A stretch of DNA of 64,000 bases. Source: Eledone cirrhosa (Eukaryota). Shown here piece after piece: positions 50,413-64,000 of the stretch; the stretch's first letter is position 1, and the number at the start of each line of letters is the position of its first letter. The stretch covers positions 175,584,001 to 175,648,000 of the forward strand of contig OZ024742.1 of NCBI GenBank assembly GCA_964016885.1. The letters run 5' to 3'. The notes beneath the pieces are model-generated. The model was not told the DNA's origin. It ran no database searches and saw only the letters and a program-made list of their open reading frames with translations. A program made the translations under genes and the position numbers.

Positions 50413-51260
50413 CATCATCATCATCATCATCATCAACGTTTAACGTCCGTGTTCCACGCTTGCATGGGTTTGGACGGGGGTAGTCCCACTTGAGGCAAAA
50501 GTGATTGTCTTGCTCGCATAGGACTGTCTGACAGGTTTTCTACAGTTGGATGCCCTTCCTAACACCAACCACATTTACAGTGTGGGTCTGGGAGGTTTTT
50601 ACAGTGTTGCCTACACGGCCACATTACAGCGTGGACTGTGTGTTTTTTTGTCGTGACACCTACACGATCTCATTTGTTTTGGCCTGGATGGTGTGGCACC
50701 AACATAACTTTACATAGAACGGGGTGGTGTGGATGGGGGGGGGGGTATTTTGTTAGAAATGCCTACTGGCTGTAGTAGGTTTTACTATATATATATATAT
50801 ATATATTATAGATGCTCTGAACAGAAGTTTATTGATCTCTTTACTGAGAAATATTATTGATATATATTTTATATGTATTGATTAAACCAAAAATTAACTT
50901 ATATATATATCATCATCATCCTCATCATCACCATTTTACATCAATTTTTCCATGCTAGCATGGGATAGACAAGTTGTCCTGTTGTGGGATATGCTAGGTC
51001 AGATGACCATGTCTTGCACATACACAACTGATTTTGGCTTGGTTTCTACAGCTGGATGCGCTTCCTAGCACCAACTTCATTTACAGTGAGTACTGGGTGA
51101 TTTTTGTTGTCACCAGCACGACCACTTAACTGTGTGGACTTCTGCTTTTTGTAGTGTCACCAACGCGACCACTTTACAGAGTGGGTTGGGTATTTTCTGT
51201 TGTGACACACAACCACTTTACAGTGTTGGCTGGGCGCTTTTTGCCGTGTTACCATCATGA
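50413..51260 (-). mobile_element. Two SINE/RTE-tail 3' fragments (50413-50760, 50911-51260)
   Basis: (GAT)n tails and the shared block GGTGTTAGGAAGGGCATCCAGCTGTAGAAA. Confidence 0.65.
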
Positions 51261-54200
51261 CCACTTTAATGTAGTCTGGGGCTTCACTGGATGTATACTT
51301 CATACTGCCTCAGTATATATAGTAATATTAATAAGTAGGGATGAATTATCAAATTATCATTAACTTTATTCAGGTGTGACATGCATTTCACGATTGAACA
51401 GCTCAAGGTTTGATCTCTATCGATCAAGCTCCACTCTGGTATCAAAATCTCACCAGACTTTTGTTTGCTTAATGATGGAATTACACTTTGTCCCTACTTA
51501 TTATTACTATTGCTCTCTGCTTAGTACATCTCCAAAATACATACCAGAGAGGACGTAACTACACGTCAAGTGCTCTATTAGGTGAACCAACAGTAACTTG
51601 TCATTTCAATCCCTAAACAATATATATGTGTGTGTGTGGTGATAAATTTATCTTCTCTACTTAAGAAGATAGACATATGGTGTCATATGGCAATGAAGAT
51701 AGACATATGGTGTTTATATTTAGTAGAATCTTAAGTAAAGCATCCAAAATTACAATCGAATAATAAAGCATTGCTTAATATGCTTCCATGAAATTTATCG
51801 AACCACAATCATCATATCAAAGTTATTGTCCTGAAGGGTTTTCATTGATTCCCAGAATGGTTTGCATGATTTCAAGTGCATATCTGGAAGGTTTTTTAGG
51901 TCTTCATGGATGAGAAGGTCGGGTTTGGATTTGGTAAGAAGTGCTGCTTTGTGGATCATCTCCTGATGCTGCATATGAGAAGGAGCTATATGAAAAAGCA
52001 TAGGCAGCCATGGAGCAGACATAGGTTTGGCATTTACTAGTCAATTTTCCAGTTGCTGTCTAAGAGAGAAAGAATCTTACTCTTACGCCTGTCTCACACC
52101 AAATTACAGTTGTTAAAATTGTCCAAATACTAATAAATCTAACAATGCTTATAACAGTGTTGTAAATTAAAATCTAAATATTTATTTACATAGATTATAA
52201 GAACAAAAAAATGAGAAGACATGCCCACTCAATTAGATACTCCAATGAATGTTGCTGGAGTTTCTCTCTAAAAGCAATTGAGGGAAGTCAGCAGACATGA
52301 AACACTGCCATGGCTCATGATGAGGCTAAAACTCTGGAATAACCAATCACCCCCATGAGTAACACTTAATAATTGGTAAGGTGAGCTGCGAATAATAACA
52401 ATAATTTCTGTTAGCAACCCAGTTCACTCAAATGTCTTGGAGACTATGAAGGCTGAAAACATTAGTGTGCTGATAATTCTTGGTGATCTTCCAGATGGTT
52501 CAAATTTGATCGATCTATGTTGTATTTTATCAAATGTTGGCAATTATTTTTCTGGATTTTTTTCTCAATATTTTAAAAAATAGATGCTGAAAAACATTGG
52601 CGATTTAATTGATGAATTAATAACTGATAAGAATATTTTGCCTTTGAAGATGTTTTGTGATGTATGTATGATAATCACTGCTACTAATTGCGTTGAATTT
52701 ATTATTAACATTTTCTTTACATCGAATATTTTAGAGCACCTGTTTTTCCCCCCATTATTATGAAATTAATTAACAACCATGCATACACAATATTATTTTT
52801 AGCATAATTTACTGCAACGCAATAAATATTTAACTCTTTAATCTAATGTTACAAATCTTCAGAAATTTATTTTGAAAACTAAATATAGTGTAGATAGAAC
52901 AAGATTAAAACAAAAAGTACAGACAGAGGGTCATGAATAGTTTTTGAGAAGGTCCCAGAATGTGTGATGAATGAGCTTTGACAATTACCAATTAAACAAC
53001 CAACCAACTGGTTACTAAATTAAAGGATAAATGGATTACTCATTCCACTGATAATAAACTGAAGTGAAACTCAACTTGTGTGTGTGTGTTTATTGGCAGC
53101 ATGCCCTTCCCAAATTTTAATAATATCTAAACTAGTATGTTATTCGAAGATTACGGCAATGCAATATGTAATGTAAATTTTGAAAAGATTGAAGGCGACA
53201 AAGATATTTGTTTGTTAACTGTCCTAATATTTCGGGACTAAAATCCCTTTGTTGTTATCATATGTTTAGGTTGGCTAAATAATGTGTGTGTGTCTTTATG
53301 TCAGGAGTTTGTACATGTTGGATGTGATGACTGAAATAGTAATGTTCAGAACAGACTATGCAGTTAGTCCCTAGGTTGACCAGTGGGTGAGCAGGTACTT
53401 ATATATGGAGAGAGACAATGTTGAAGATAAAATGTTATCTATTCAGTTTGAGTTAGTCTGCCGGTGGAGTTTTTATATGCCTTCACTGGAGCTGCTGACA
53501 TGGAATGTATAAGTTTGAGGATCTAAGAGAGGAGCCAGGAGATTTTTAGAAGAGTCCTTCTACTCTATAGAAAATGGGTCTAATCTAGAGTCCAGTACTG
53601 GTTTGTGGGGTTTTATGAGGTAATAGAATCAACTGTTCCTCGTGGTGAAGTTATTTTTATATTTGCTAGGAAGTGTCTCCATCTGCAGATATCAGTACAG
53701 GCAATGTTCATAATACCTTAAGTGTGCCAATTAACTGCCTTACTGTGAAATACATGTGGGACCTGGTGTCTTAACTGTGCCAAGTCATCATATTAGTGTG
53801 AAATAGATTTTGAACTTCATGTCTTAAAATCTTTGTCACATCGCTGTTTTAGTGTGAACGACATCTGGAAGTTATTATCAGATGAAGTACTAGTGGCTGG
53901 AAAGAGTGAGATACTGTCCCTAATCTACCTACAGACAACACTGTACTTTATTAAAAGTACTAGCAGAAAAACCACCCTTCAGGTGGTTTTCTGCTAGCAT
54001 ATGTAGTGTGCATATTGATATTATATGCAAGTATATATGCATGTTGGTATGATATGTCAAATAAAATCGTAATTGACAATATCCACAAATTGAAGAGTGT
54101 CTGTGTTACATTCTCTTCTGTAATCAGTAAAGTAATCCATGATTCATTTAAAAAAGACGATATTATATATAAACTGCATTAGGAGAAAATTAGCAATGGA

Positions 54201-54823
54201 AATATAAGCAATGTTTCTATAAGTGTTATAATATTATCGGAAGTGTTGACATTTGAACATTTCAAAGAAGTGAATCTTTAAATAAGCAATAAAATATATT
54301 TAATCAAGAGTTACGAAATTTAGTACATAAATTATGTAATATTCATTCATTATTTATTCAAAGTAATCCAACTTATTTTAGTAACGGCGTAAAAAAATGT
54401 ATTCTGGATGCAGTCCCGCACTCCTTTCTTTATTATAGTTAAGATAGGAATAATTCATGGAATATAATAGACATTCATCAGTTTTGACAATAATTGTTTC
54501 TGTTGTTCAATCCATGAGGCATCATGTTCATGAAATTAACATGTTTGTAGTTGGGTATTCTACAGATATGTGTATCCTTAACACAATTTTCCAGTCGATT
54601 CAGTGTGGCATAGTGTGTAACACGGCTGGCTTTTTGAATGACATGAACACACCATGTTTCATTGTGTAAATAATTAATTATTTCACAGATATGTGTATTC
54701 TTAATATAATATTTGGGGAGATTCATCATAACACAGAATTTAAGAAAGCTAGCTTTTCGATATCGATGTAGAGTCTTTCTTGCCTTACAAACTAAGTGGT
54801 TAAATTTTCCACAGATATGAATA

Positions 54824-55143
54824 TCATCATCAACATTTTTACGTCCGCTTTTCCCTGCTGGCAAGGGTGGGACGGGTCCTATTCAGCACAGCATCTCTCC
54901 ACTTGTTACGGTCCTTCATTATCTCCACCGTGAGCTTCAGCGATCTGAGGTCTGCTCTCACCACCTCCGCCCATGGTTTCCGTGGTCTACTACGTCTTCC
55001 TTCAACTGGCATTTCCTGGCACTTCTTTACCCATCGGTCATCCTCCATGTGCATCACATGTCCATACCATCGCAGTCTCCTCTCCCGCACACTACAATCT
55101 ATCCCTCTCAACACATCCATGCTCGGTCGTTCAGGCACATTGA
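54824..55143 (-). mobile_element. RTE LINE 3' fragment
   Basis: RERRLRWYGHVMHM..RPRKPW..DRNKWRDAV, followed by a (GAT)n tail. Confidence 0.85.
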
Positions 55144-55702
55144 CATAATTCTCAGGAAGAGAAACAAGGAGAGATGCCACTAGAGAATTTTCCACCCTCT
55201 GTAAGACAGAAGAGTTCTCTGTAGCTCATATTATCTCTGCTCAATCATTAACAACGTTACAGAGTGTACCAGATGCATTTTATTGTGGCACCAACAGTGC
55301 CTTTCTCATTATTTCACTTCTACAGTTAAACCAGAGATAAATAGTATTATACACATTCGTAAGTCAATTATCTATCTCCATGAGTCTGGTAACTGATCTT
55401 CACACCAACAATATACCAAAAGATACTACAGAATTTTATTTATTTACTAGGAAATACAGAGTTAATCACATCATTTGAACACAGTTGAAACTAAATATTT
55501 CTGTACTTATTATTCCTAGTAATAGCAATATCACTACTGATGAAGTACCACTTTTATATTGACAATATATATATATCTATGAAATTTGAAATGTGTGCAA
55601 CCCAATGCAAATGAGCATAATGATAATTGATCACTATAGAGAGATTGGCTACATATACACGATGTTGGTTGACATTTAAAAGCTGTGATTCAACTATCTA
55701 AT

Positions 55703-56143
55703 TTAACCCATTAACATTTACATTACTCTATATTTAGTATTGTATTTTCATAGTAAAGGCTTTATCTCACATAGTATTGAATCTATAAGATTTTGATATT
55801 ATTTATTTTGAGAAAAGTTCTTTAATCCTTTAGCATTTAAACTGGTCGTATCCGGCCAGAATTCTCTCACCTCTTTTTGTTCTATGCGGTAGCAACCAGC
55901 CACTCATACTCATATTAAGGTATTGTTCTCAAAATAAATAATATCAAAATCTCATACATTCAATATTATGTGAGATAATTATGTGAAGTAAAGCCTTTCC
56001 TGTGAAAATACAACAGTATATATAGAGTAATGTAAATGCTAAAGGGTTAAAGTTGGTATGAGGGGCCAGTTACAGCCAGTTTGAGCAAAAAGAGGTGAGA
56101 GAAATCTGGTCAGCTACAGCCAGTTTAAATGCTAAAGGGTTAA
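55703..56143. mobile_element. piggyBac-like MITE with an inverted copy of itself nested at an internal TTAA (55822-56050)
   Basis: TTAA-CCCTTTAGCATTTA termini. The reverse complement of the inner copy aligns to the rejoined outer copy. Confidence 0.8.
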
Positions 56144-56279
56144 GATGGTAAGAGTTGTTACTGTTCCTTGGCTTAATTGTTCAATGTGCCTAGCTGTCAT
56201 TTCAAAGATATGGGGTTCAATTACTCATAGCAGCCAATTATTTCTATTATTTCTATTTCTCATTATTTTTATTTCTAAT

Positions 56280-56680
56280 AGGGCGGTGGATTAGCAGTAT
56301 CAGTAGAGAGTCGGACGCCATGCTTTCCAGCATAGTTACGTCCCTTTATGATCTGAGTTCAAATCCCGCCGAGGTTGACTTTGCCTTTCATCCTTACGGG
56401 GTCGATAAAATAAAGTACCAGTAATGCACTGGGTAATTGCTGGCCTTGTGCCTAAAGTAGAAACAATTATTTTTATTTCTAATAACGGCGGTGGATTGGC
56501 AGTATTGGTAGAGGGTTGGACGCCATGCTTTGCAGCAAAGAGTTACGCTCCTTTATGATCTGAGTTCAAATCCTGCCGAGGTTAACTTTGCCTTTCATCC
56601 TTACGGGGTCGATAAAATAAAGTACCAGTAATGTACTGGATAATTGCTGGCCTTGTGCCAAGAGTAGAAACAATTATTTA
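56280..56680 (+). mobile_element. Head-to-tail pair of Meta-like tRNA SINEs
   Basis: Two ~200-bp copies starting at ~56281 and ~56487. Confidence 0.85.
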
Positions 56681-57887
56681 TATTTAAGGGTCTTCACCCT
56701 ATTTTACAGCATATCCATACATAAGCAGACCACTCTTATACATTCATTTATAAATTTATTAATGTCTTACTCCTATTAGTGAAGTGCTTATTTTGGACAA
56801 CACAGTAGGAGTACAGCTACTTTTCTTCAAGCTGGTGGCAGACACATGAAAGTAGAGATGGTGTCTGCCAGTATGGCGAATGCCTGAAAAATATTTACTT
56901 TTCCCTGTTTAGTTTACTGGACAATGCCCACTGACAACCCTATGTTGATTCCAGGTTGTGAAGCAAGTGACTGTTGGAATAAGCATATATTTATGTAATA
57001 CTAACAGTTCAGTTGTGATGCAACTGATTGTTGGAATATGCACGTATTTATGTATGTGATACAAATCAATTCTGTATGAGCAAGACATGGTCACTTGACC
57101 TGGCATTGCCCACAACAGGACAACCCGTCTAACTCATGCTAGCGTGGAAGATTGGATGTAAAATGGTGATGATGATGATACTAACAGTTTGGCCTTTGGA
57201 AAACCAGATGCTGCTTTGGCTATATATCAATAGTTTTTGTTATTTTTATTGATTCAATTATTGATTGATTGATATTAGTTTTGATAGTAATCCTAATATA
57301 TTTGTGGGTATATATTGATATTTTTATTAATTTGATTGTCAAATGGTTGTTAGTTATATGAATTTTATAAAGAACCTTAATTAAATTGTTCAATATTGCT
57401 GTTACACCACTGATTCTGTAAGAGAGTACTCTGTTTTCTTGAATTCATTTCAGTTAACATTGAATAGTGGCATGGTGTTACAATGCCATGGATGTGCAAA
57501 ACACCTCATAGTAATTTTATTTCATAAATTTATATATATATATATATATAAGTACCACCAAATTTGGTGCCTACTCACATGATCTTCCTCAACCTATCAA
57601 ATTCTACTTCAAACATATAGTAATCTGAATCACACTTTTTGCACAAAACTGAAAGAAATTCCCAACATCAGTTAGATGCGAGTTACAAGTCGGCACGGTC
57701 ACACATCTCTTAATACATTAAGGTATCAATGCATATTTAATATGTATGATAATGTTTCTCAGTAAATAAGCTCAATGAATCTTGGTTCAGAGCATCAATA
57801 ATTCAAGTTAAAAGATATGTAGAGGTATATATGACTCAATCTGTCTCTACATATATCTTTTAACTTGAATTATATATATATATATAT

Positions 57888-58160
57888 CATTTCATCATCA
57901 TCATTTCATTTTATGTCTGCTTTTCCCTGCTTGCAAGGGTGGGATGGGAACTGATTCTGGGTTGATTTCTACAGCTGAATGCCCTTCCTAACACCAACCT
58001 CATTTACAGTGAGTGGTGGGTGATTTTTTGCCGTGGCACCTCCACGACCACTTTGCAGTGGAATGATAGGGACCCCAGTCCCTATCATCTCATTTCTACA
58101 GTTGAGTGGACTGGAGCAATGTGAAATAAAGTGTCTTACTCAAGGAAACAACACATCATG
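57888..58160 (-). mobile_element. 5'-truncated CORE-like SINE
   Basis: Reverse complement of ~46050-46312. Confidence 0.8.
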
Positions 58161-59985
58161 CGGTCTGATGTGTAAATATATATATATATATGATAGCTTT
58201 CTTGAAGCATTGTGGAATATAAAACTGAAAATGTGGTATGTGTGTTTAGAAAGCTGTATAATGCAAGCAACTTATATATATATATTACTATTCTACTCTC
58301 TCATCTCTTTGATCCTGTTTCATATTTTAGACACAATACTGCTTGATGAGGAATGTCTTCAGTTAAATTAACTTGCTACACACATTTTGCCTGCTAATCT
58401 TGGATTACTATAGCAACTGTGACACTATTGGTTATATATAATTATAAAACTTACTTGATGGCAGCAGACAACCAACTGAAATAGATTTGAATTCATGATT
58501 GATTCTATTTGTATTTTAAGTCAAAATAAGACACTAGAAAACCAATGCTAAATGACACTTAACTACAAGTAGTTTACAATTTGTAAACAAATTATTCTGA
58601 AAATAACTCAACATGTCACACTTTTCAGAAACATCATGTAAGTTTAGAACACTGGTTTGTAACACTTTCCCTACCATGGATTGAACTTTATTTCCCCAAT
58701 GAAGCACCAAGTTGGCAGAATCATAAGAATGTCAAATAGAATACTTTGTGGTATTCATTCCTTCTATCTAAGTTCAAATTTCACCGAGGTCAACTTTGTC
58801 TTTCATACTTTCTAGGTCAATATCAGTAAAAAATATAGTTCCACTCTAGTACTGGGGTCGATTATTTCTCTATATTTTTCTCATTTCCTTTCCCTTACTC
58901 TATATCCGTCTCTGAAAGAAATCTACAGTGTTCTGATCTGGAGAGGAGATGGGCTCTGCCAGGTTTTAAAATGATCAAGAAATACTGTATATCAATATCA
59001 TGTCCCTACTACAACATCAGGATTTACAGTTCCATTAAAACATATACTTCCCCCAATGGCCCTCAGAATTTTAAAATTTCCCACTTTTTAAAAAATTTAT
59101 TTTATTAACTAACAGCAAAATTTGTTGTTCCGTATATATTATTCAATATCCATATATTTACAGCAACAAGTGTTTCAAGATCATTTTCCTGCTACGACGG
59201 GCTAATTTGTAGGCCCCATGACAGGTTTCATATTCATCATGGAATCCTTTTTTGAAGCAATGTCTTACCACCAGATTCATTTCCTGGTTCTAACATTGCT
59301 CCAGTTCACTCAACTGGAAGAAATATGTTGTCACATCGATGGTGACAAGCTGTATTGGCTTTTGCCTGAATATAATTGGTAGTGTAGAGATGAGAGACTG
59401 GTAGGCATAGATAACTATTGTGCCTTGGAGGGGAACTTTCGAGGTGCAAAACCCATGGTTATTCATGATAGAAGGAGCTCTTTACCATTCTTATGATAGG
59501 GTAATCAGAAATGGAATAAGCTGGACCATTAGAACGTCTGATAAAATTCTTTGCAGAATTTGTTCTGGCTATCTGCAATCTGAAGTCAAATCTCGCAAAG
59601 GTCAATGTTGCCTTTCATCCTTTTGTAACTGCAATTCAAAAGCAGTGTCACATTGAATCACTCTGAGAATTACATTAAAAGTAAATGTGTCTTTGGATTT
59701 CTCAGCCACTTACATATTGGTTTCATGAACAGGTTGTTCCATTGATAAAAATCTGGAACTCTCATCAACATCAATCGATGTCCATTGATATATATTTTAC
59801 AATGAAACCTCTTGAAATTCTGAACATAGCTCTCCAACCCTCAGCAAATCCTTGTGGATCCTCAGGTGTCTAATGACTATACATTGGGAATGGCTGGTCA
59901 AGAATCAATTCCAATCAGAGTAAATGTGAAGATTTAACTATACAATTCCTATTTTAAAAGAGCAGTGGTTAATTACATTGCAACT

Positions 59986-60192
59986 TTAACCCTTTCATTA
60001 CCATATTTCTAACAAAAGACACTGCTTATGAATTTTAAATCATTTTGAAAATAATGAAGTGTTTGGAGCAATAGATCTTACATAAAATTATGATGGAATG
60101 TTTTAGATAAATATAAACACTTTACAATAAAGAGTTTTCTATTTTAGAATGGGTGCAGGTGATTTCATACAGACTGGTATCAAAAGAGTTAA
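59986..60192. mobile_element. piggyBac-like MITE, second family (relatives near 26400 and 47560)
   Basis: TTAACCCTTTCATTACCA ... TGGTATCAAAAGAGTTAA. Confidence 0.55.
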
Positions 60193-60835
60193 CCCTATCT
60201 GAAAAATAACTGGTGGGGTTCATATGAAATTAAACATTTTAATTAAAGAATCTCTACAATCAGTGATAATCTGGAGCTTGTAATCAAAAGAACTGAATCT
60301 ATCAAAATGAATTAAAATTCAAAGGAATATTATTCATATTGTGTTTTGTATCATTTGTGTTGCTTAAATATCTTTGAAAAATTATTATTCCCAATAAACA
60401 TGACTTTTACATCTGTCATAAATGATAACTTTTTTTAAAAAAGAAAACATCTCAGTTAATCTATATGTAAACATGGTTCACTGGATGAGAGGGAGGGGGG
60501 GGGGGGGGGACAGACAATGGATTGCAGAGGATAATGGGAATAGAGTTAGTAATGAATGTTGTGAAGAGAAATGGAATGAGATAGTTGAGTTGTTTCGAGG
60601 AAAGATGAAAGTAATTGTGTGAAAGAAATGATAGAAATGAATTTGGAACGATGTAAAGGAAGGAGAAGACAAAGAAAGACATGGCTGGCAATGTTAGAAA
60701 AAGAAATAAAATCTATAGGATTGGTGAGAGGGTAGAGAGTTGGTAGGGCAAAATCAGGAATCTTATTATGGGGGTATCTTTTTAGAGGGAAAATATCTTT
60801 ATAACAATTGTGTGTAATTGTATTCTACATAATGT

Positions 60836-61165
60836 GAAGGTGTGTGGTTTAGTGGTTAGGTTTCTGGGCTCATGATTGTAAGGTCATGAGTTTGATTTCC
60901 CTACCTGGTGGTATGTTAAGTCCTTGAGCAAGACACTTTATTTCACATTCTTTAAGTCCACTCAACTTTCGAAAATTAGTTGTACCTGTAATTCAAAGGG
61001 GCAGCCTTGTCATACACTGTGTCATATGAAATCTCCCTGAGCACTACAGTAAGGTTGCATAAGTTTGTAGAATGCTCAGCAGTTTGTATATTTATTTCAC
61101 AAGTAGGCTTTTCCATTGATTGATTCAACTGAACCATTAATTGTCAGGAATGATGAAAGCCCAAC
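60836..61165 (+). mobile_element. Degenerate CORE-like tRNA SINE
   Basis: TGGTTTAGTGG A box and CCTTGAGCAAGACACTT. Confidence 0.65.
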
Positions 61166-61769
61166 ACAACACATTCTACATAATCCAAACAGAAAATAAA
61201 CCTTTTTGTACAACAGCAGGCATCCAACTGCTGCTTAACAGATTCCACTAATTATCTAAATTTATTTAAAATAAGAAAAATAAACAGTAATTTGAAAATA
61301 AAATATCAGGTTTTTAAATGCAACAGAGTCAAAACAAGATTAAGATAATAAATATGATAAAATTAGTAATTTAGTTTCACTTTTTCCCCTCAGATTAACA
61401 ACAAATATTCTATTAAAATTGCTATTACGATATAATCAGTTGCTAATGGTTTTCTTTTGAAGTAAATATCATTTCATCTACAAAATTGGAATGTTTTATC
61501 TAAATTTGATTCTAGATTAAACTATTTCCCTGACACTCATAAAACAATAATCATATTAGAAAAGCATAATAAGACAATACACAACTGTTTCAAACTGTCA
61601 AGATATGATGACATTAAACCTCTTAATTCTATTTTGTTAATCATCCTTGCTCTTCCAAATTTGAAAATTTTGTTCTTTCACTATATATTTTTTTCCATGC
61701 AAACTCAATTCTGTATAAGCATGGCAGTTTGGTTAAAGAGTACACTTGATTATCACAAGATCTTGTATG

Positions 61770-61899
<130 letters not shown>

Positions 61900-61998
61900 T
61901 ATATTAACAGATTGCAGTTTAGGCTAAGAATCGCGGCTTATATATAGATACTCCTTATCGAGCCCTCTTCGGATTTTAGTCTTCACATTTATTATTAC

Positions 61999-62071
<73 letters not shown>

Positions 62072-62679
62072 TTGTATACACAAAGAGGGTGTTGTAAGAT
62101 ACCAGGTGGATCATAACGCAACAGAGTACTCAATACTTACGGTAGTAGAGTGAGTAATAGGAAAAGAGTCAGGAACCCAGGTCCTGACTCTTTTCCTATA
62201 TATAAATATGTGCATGTGTGTATGTGTGTGTGTATTGCAATATGAATTATTCCATATAGACTGATATTGCCTATCTGCTAAGGTTGTATTAAGTATATAA
62301 TTGATAAGCCCTCGGCAGACAGCAATTATATAATTGTTCATATTTGATAAGTTCTATCAATTAATTTTGATGTTAACTCAAGCCCAGCAAACATATGTTT
62401 GCCAGGCTTCAGATGAGATAAAAAATACTTGTCCAGCCCATGCAAGTATGGCTAAGTGGATGTAAAAATGATGATAATGATGATCATGATGATATATATA
62501 TATGTATATGTATGAACACATATATATATATAAATATATATGATACACTTTTATAAGTATGTCGAGATTGACACTTTCCTTTAATTACTATACTCCCTTA
62601 CCGCTTTTACTTCCGCATCTAAATGTAAGTGTGTGTGGGCGTATTTATGTGAGCGCCTCAATATCCATATATTTATAAT

Positions 62680-62733
<54 letters not shown>

Positions 62734-63441
62734 ATATATATATATATTCTCTCTGTTGATTATAGACATACAGATACATTAGCCCTAAATTTTTATATTT
62801 ACATACACTTTTTCAATATACGTATACATATGGGCATACACTTTTATGCACATCTGTGAGCGTATTTACATACATATACACACACCTAACTGTATTTTCT
62901 TGATAAATTTTTATGTATCTCAATCCTTATTTCATTGGTCTATACAAAATCTGTTCCCAAACAGACCTATTATTTTGAATTGTTGTTATTATCAATAAAC
63001 AAGCATCATTATTTCTGAAGACAGCATATATATGTGAAGGTATGTATATTCTCTCTGATAGTTTGTATAATTTTGTACATAGATCTTTTGAATATGCATA
63101 CCAATTCTAACACATATATGTCCTAGAAACGATCGTAAAATAATGAACATTTTTTGTTTAATATAAGGAACTGTTTCTTTGTTTATTCATTATTTTTTTA
63201 ATAATTTATCTTGACTCTATTTTCCGTTTATCTTTCACCGAAAGTGATTTTTGAATGCATCTCTTCTTTTCATGATATCCGGATTACATTGAGTTCCTCA
63301 TACGGATTGGACACTACCGTAAACTTTTGGTAGATTTATCTACATATATATATATATATATGCTATACGGTTCTTATATATCTGATATATATTTATCCTT
63401 ATCGAGCCTTCTTTGGATTTTATCTTCAAATTTATTATTAT

Positions 63442-63520
<79 letters not shown>

Positions 63521-63522
<2 letters not shown>

Positions 63523-64000
63523 CAGGGTGTGGACGATATTTGTTTGCAATTTTCAACTGCTAATTTTAAATCCCTGCCGGGAGGACACATAGGGATATTT
63601 CATACTTTCTCAGCGTCAGCAGTAGAATGGTGGAAAAGGTCAGAAAGGAATTGGAAGATTAAGGATTCGACTACGAAGCAACATCAGAGAGGAAAACACA
63701 TGATCGACGATCTGACGCCCTGAGAACACCCGAGTTCGTCGCTGAAATTCAGGATATCATCAACAATGAACCTAACAAGTCGATGCGTGCCATTACAAGC
63801 GAGAAAGCGTGGATGAAAAGCTCATAAGGCTGGTGGTACATGAAGACTTTCGCTACGTTTCATACAAGATGAGGAAAGGACAATTTCTGTCAAAGGCGAT
63901 GCAAGAAAAGTGACTGAAGCACGCAAAGAAGTTGAACAACAAGTTGAAACACCCAGTGGAGCCCGACTTGCTGTGGTTTTTCTCCGACGAGAAAAACTTC
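63521..64000 (+). mobile_element. Tc1/mariner (maT/DD37D-like) transposon, decayed, runs off the window
   Basis: TA|CAGGGTG terminus. Translation RTPEFVAEIQ..PNKSMRAI..IRLVVHEDFRYVSYKMRKGQFLS..LWFFSDEKNF, with stops and a frameshift. Confidence 0.8.

Noticed and set aside
53960-53997. Hairpin CTAGCAGAAAAACCACC-cttca-GGTGGTTTTCTGCTAG
   Set aside because: Resembles Helitron 3' ends or a terminator, but no matching 5' end was found and the DNA is eukaryotic.
57798-57872. ~27-bp inverted repeat next to sequence similar to 50811-50880
   Set aside because: Probably another PLE-type foldback, but no complete hammerhead core or family assignment.

Overview
Repeat-dominated, AT-rich animal genomic DNA with very frequent (TA)n/(GA)n/(CAT)n microsatellites. 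The SINE types suggest a cephalopod (octopus-like) genome, which is an inference. No host gene could be supported. The window is a cluster of Penelope-like retroelements (PLEs: RT plus C-terminal GIY-YIG endonuclease) from at least four families, mostly sitting in (TA)n tracts. Family B includes one intact ~800-aa ORF (17337-19739) flanked by ~1.4-kb inverted pseudo-LTRs. Reading the pseudo-LTRs by eye gives about a dozen type-I hammerhead ribozyme motifs. Most are the minimal, stem-III-poor form known from PLEs. Family A instead carries an atypical variant (core CAGAAGA, full stem III, CUU cleavage triplet), and both of its RT copies share a YRDD->YRHD catalytic change. A TWGAGYRCTY motif recurs downstream of the hammerheads of several unrelated families. 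Also present: RTE-type LINE fragments (one with a PHD-like insertion, one with a twin-priming inversion), CORE-like and Meta-like tRNA SINEs, a solo LTR, non-autonomous Helitrons (one filled with PLE ribozyme sequence), a self-nested piggyBac-like MITE, a 611-bp tandem repeat, and a maT/Tc1-mariner transposon running off the right edge.
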